The translations under genes were made by a program, and so were the position numbers. Below, one piece after another: positions 62,273 to 64,000 of a stretch of 64,000 bases of DNA. The notes under the pieces were generated by a model that made no database searches, had not been told where the DNA came from, and saw only the letters and a list, made by a program, of their open reading frames with translations. Numbering within the stretch: position 1 is the stretch's first letter; every line of letters starts with the position of its first letter. The DNA comes from an uncultured Clostridia bacterium. Lineage in GTDB: Bacteria; Bacillota; Clostridia; Christensenellales; Aristaeellaceae. The stretch spans positions 10,431 to 74,430 of the forward strand of contig CAMNHF010000001.1 of the NCBI GenBank assembly GCA_946538975.1. The letters are read 5' to 3'.

Positions 62273-62556
62273 GTGATGTGCCTCCCGCGTTGCAGATGAG
62301 GGGCATGATCGTTTGTCCAGCCAAGCTGATTTGGCACCTGTAACTCGTCATGAGTATACCAGGTCATGCTTGTTAATCGCAAACGCGATCTGGTCAACAA
62401 CGTCAGTATGCTTCTGGCAGCGATTGATCGGCAGCCAGGCGAAATTGAGATGACAATTCGACATGCCAGGAAGCAGGGCATTCGGGTCTGCTGCGTCAAG
62501 CCGCTTATATAATACTGGAAACCACTTAGAAATGGCAGCAACCGGCAAAGTGCAGC

Positions 62557-63525
62557 TTATGCCTTTCGTTTTCCGAATAACCTTGAGAATATACTTGATT
62601 TTGAGGTTCTGACCGTACAATTCTCTCCGGAGGAAGGGGAACTGGAAGCTGTGTTCAGGCCCGCGCCGGCGGGCTCCTCAGTTTTACTTGTTCCTTCCTT
62701 CTTTGACAGGATGATACCATTGTAAGATCCCTTTGGGATTTCAACAGCCACCAACAGGCTGTCGGCATGTTGATCTTTGCTCAGTACCGAGCATCGCTCC
62801 CCAACGACTTTTCCATCCTCAACTCTATCCTTCAGGAAAATTGCCCGGACAACCCCCGGAGGACAGATTTGCCGTCCTGCTCGGTCGGTTACATTCAGCA
62901 CATCACCTTCCCGGATTTCTCCCCGAATTACTCTTCCGGAGAAACTCGTACGGGCGGTATCGATTTTAGCAATAGCCTCCGCTTGAAACAGTGTGTTCAT
63001 CTGATCAAGCGGAATCATAGGTGCTTTTGCCGGCTGAGGAGGGTCTTTCTCTGTGGCTTTCAGCTGAAAGACAGCCCATGGGAAACAGGGTTCAAGTACG
63101 GATAAGGTTTTTCCCAGCAGATCATCATTCCCCTTCATTATGTCATAATTGCATAGCACTGTCACTTTCATTCCTGGAAGGCCGGGGTGGATGTTCTCAA
63201 GGATCGCGCCAAGCGCAATTGCGATACAGTTCGGAAAGTAGTTTGCTTTTTGAATTGTGCAGATTACTGCAGGTTCACCATTGACTGTTCCAGAACGCTC
63301 ATCAATAAGGCTCCCGCCAATTTGACAGGCAAGAGAAAAGCGTTCATCAGGATTAAGGGTACAAGCAAGAATACTTACAGGTTGTCCGTCTGCAGCGATC
63401 AAGTGCCCGCTTTTTCTTAAGTCTTCAAATGCACCCATATGAATCTGGAACAGGCTCGGTATAATTGTTTCATTTTCGCCCTTGATCCGCTGATTCAACC
63501 GATTCCAGTTTTCTCTGACATCCAT
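62557..63525 (-). CDS. hypothetical protein with a possible translation-factor domain-II-like beta-barrel
   Basis: 322 aa from MDVRENW with RBS GGGAGGTA. The segment GRVIRGEIREGDVLNVTD...VRAIFLKDRVEDGKVVGERCSVL resembles the EF-Tu domain 2 pattern. The resemblance is weak and from memory only. Confidence 0.5.
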   Translation of the reverse strand: MDVRENWNRLNQRIKGENETIIPSLFQIHMGAFEDLRKSGHLIAADGQPVSILACTLNPDERFSLACQIGGSLIDERSGTVNGEPAVICTIQKANYFPNCIAIALGAILENIHPGLPGMKVTVLCNYDIMKGNDDLLGKTLSVLEPCFPWAVFQLKATEKDPPQPAKAPMIPLDQMNTLFQAEAIAKIDTARTSFSGRVIRGEIREGDVLNVTDRAGRQICPPGVVRAIFLKDRVEDGKVVGERCSVLSKDQHADSLLVAVEIPKGSYNGIILSKKEGTSKTEEPAGAGLNTASSSPSSGENCTVRTSKSSIFSRLFGKRKA

Positions 63526-63595
63526 TCGGTTACCTCCCTTCCTCACGAAACAAGCGTCAGGACTTCGTGAATCTGTTCGCGCATGGGTGCCTCCA

Positions 63596-63997
63596 TCAAA
63601 CAGAGGGAAAGGGCAGAAGATCCCGCGCCCTGACTTTGATCGGATGACCGTCCTCATCATTGACGATCACGAGGATGTCCGGGCAGTATTCAAAGAGCAT
63701 CTGGCGGCAGTTGCCGCATGGCGAAATGATGCGGTTCGGGTGGTTTTCCTCCACGGCCACGATGGTGTCGAAGGCGCGCGCCCCCGCTGAAACCGCCATG
63801 CCGATCGTGATGTACTCGGCGCAGGACCCGTGGATTCCGTCACAGTTGACGCCCGCGAATACCCGCCCGTCCCCGCAGCGGACGGCGCAGCCAACGGTAT
63901 GGTTCCAGTGGACCTTGTCGTGATTGCGCCTCAGCACGTCCAGCGCAGTTTCGATCAAAGAGCGGTCCTCGGCAAGGCATTCATGCCGCTGCATCAA
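63596..63997 (-). CDS. cytidine deaminase-fold enzyme, blasticidin-S deaminase-like
   Basis: 133 aa with zinc motifs HGSCAE and SPCGNCRQ. The overall layout (DGRVFAGVN, IVAVEENHPNRIISPCGNCRQ, IVNDEDGHPIKVRARDLLP) is collinear with my recollection of the fungal BSD sequence. Confidence 0.7.
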   Translation of the reverse strand: MMQRHECLAEDRSLIETALDVLRRNHDKVHWNHTVGCAVRCGDGRVFAGVNCDGIHGSCAEYITIGMAVSAGARAFDTIVAVEENHPNRIISPCGNCRQMLFEYCPDILVIVNDEDGHPIKVRARDLLPFPSV

Positions 63998-64000
63998 TCA

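Noticed and set aside
62348-62620. 90-aa ORF between the two unknown genes of the lower-GC islet.
   Set aside because: It overlaps the 3' end of ORF 62557..63525 by about 64 nt, has no RBS at its listed start and resembles no family. It may be a fragment, and I could not support it.
1-64000. Search for rRNA genes, CRISPR arrays, integrases, transposases and prophage modules.
   Set aside because: None found. The only RNA genes I can support are the two tRNA-Ser genes. The only mobile-looking sequences are the non-autonomous repeats and two compositionally atypical segments.

Overview
This is a high-GC chromosomal segment. Most lines I hand-counted are about 65-77% G+C. By inference from HprK, DegV, GerMN, DUF1292, NfnAB and a LytTR two-component system, it resembles a Clostridia/Oscillospiraceae-type Firmicute. 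I can support about 60 protein genes, mostly on the minus strand, and two adjacent tRNA-Ser genes. I found no rRNA, CRISPR array, transposase or integrase.

Content from left to right:
- A glycosyltransferase / class-A beta-lactamase-like / glycosyltransferase / WYL-regulator block (0.1-4.2 kb).
- A compact minus-strand operon (4.8-6.4 kb): two paralogous small ORFs that both end in VYGPGP, followed by a radical SAM/SPASM enzyme. This is my best candidate for an undescribed system, a RiPP-like cluster.
- An AEC transporter and a patch of gene remnants (7-8.6 kb).
- A plant-cell-wall esterase locus (8.6-18.6 kb): four paralogous CE1-like esterases, a GH3, a CE15 and two small secreted proteins. 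It lies directly downstream of a LytTR response regulator and histidine kinase. Three internal promoters carry an identically spaced 9-bp direct-repeat operator.
- Two very large surface proteins (21-28 kb); the second is visibly AT-richer.
- Housekeeping genes: degV, a ROK glucokinase, hprK, a HAD hydrolase, ferredoxin, serA, serC, tRNA-Ser x2, a sugar ABC ATPase, pcp, PBP1A, nfnAB, rlmH, tadA and hom.
- A lower-GC islet at the right edge (61.5-64 kb) with a blasticidin-S/cytidine-deaminase-like gene.

Other observations include a roughly 175-bp MITE/REP-like intergenic repeat present in four copies, and a self-contained promoter-RBS-22-codon-terminator mini-gene.

Limits: all calls come from hand reading plus the ORF track. 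Non-CDS coordinates are good to about +/-3 nt. At two places (about 20.7-20.8 kb and about 50.06 kb) my base counting disagreed with the ORF-track frame by 1 nt, so there I used the ORF-track frames.
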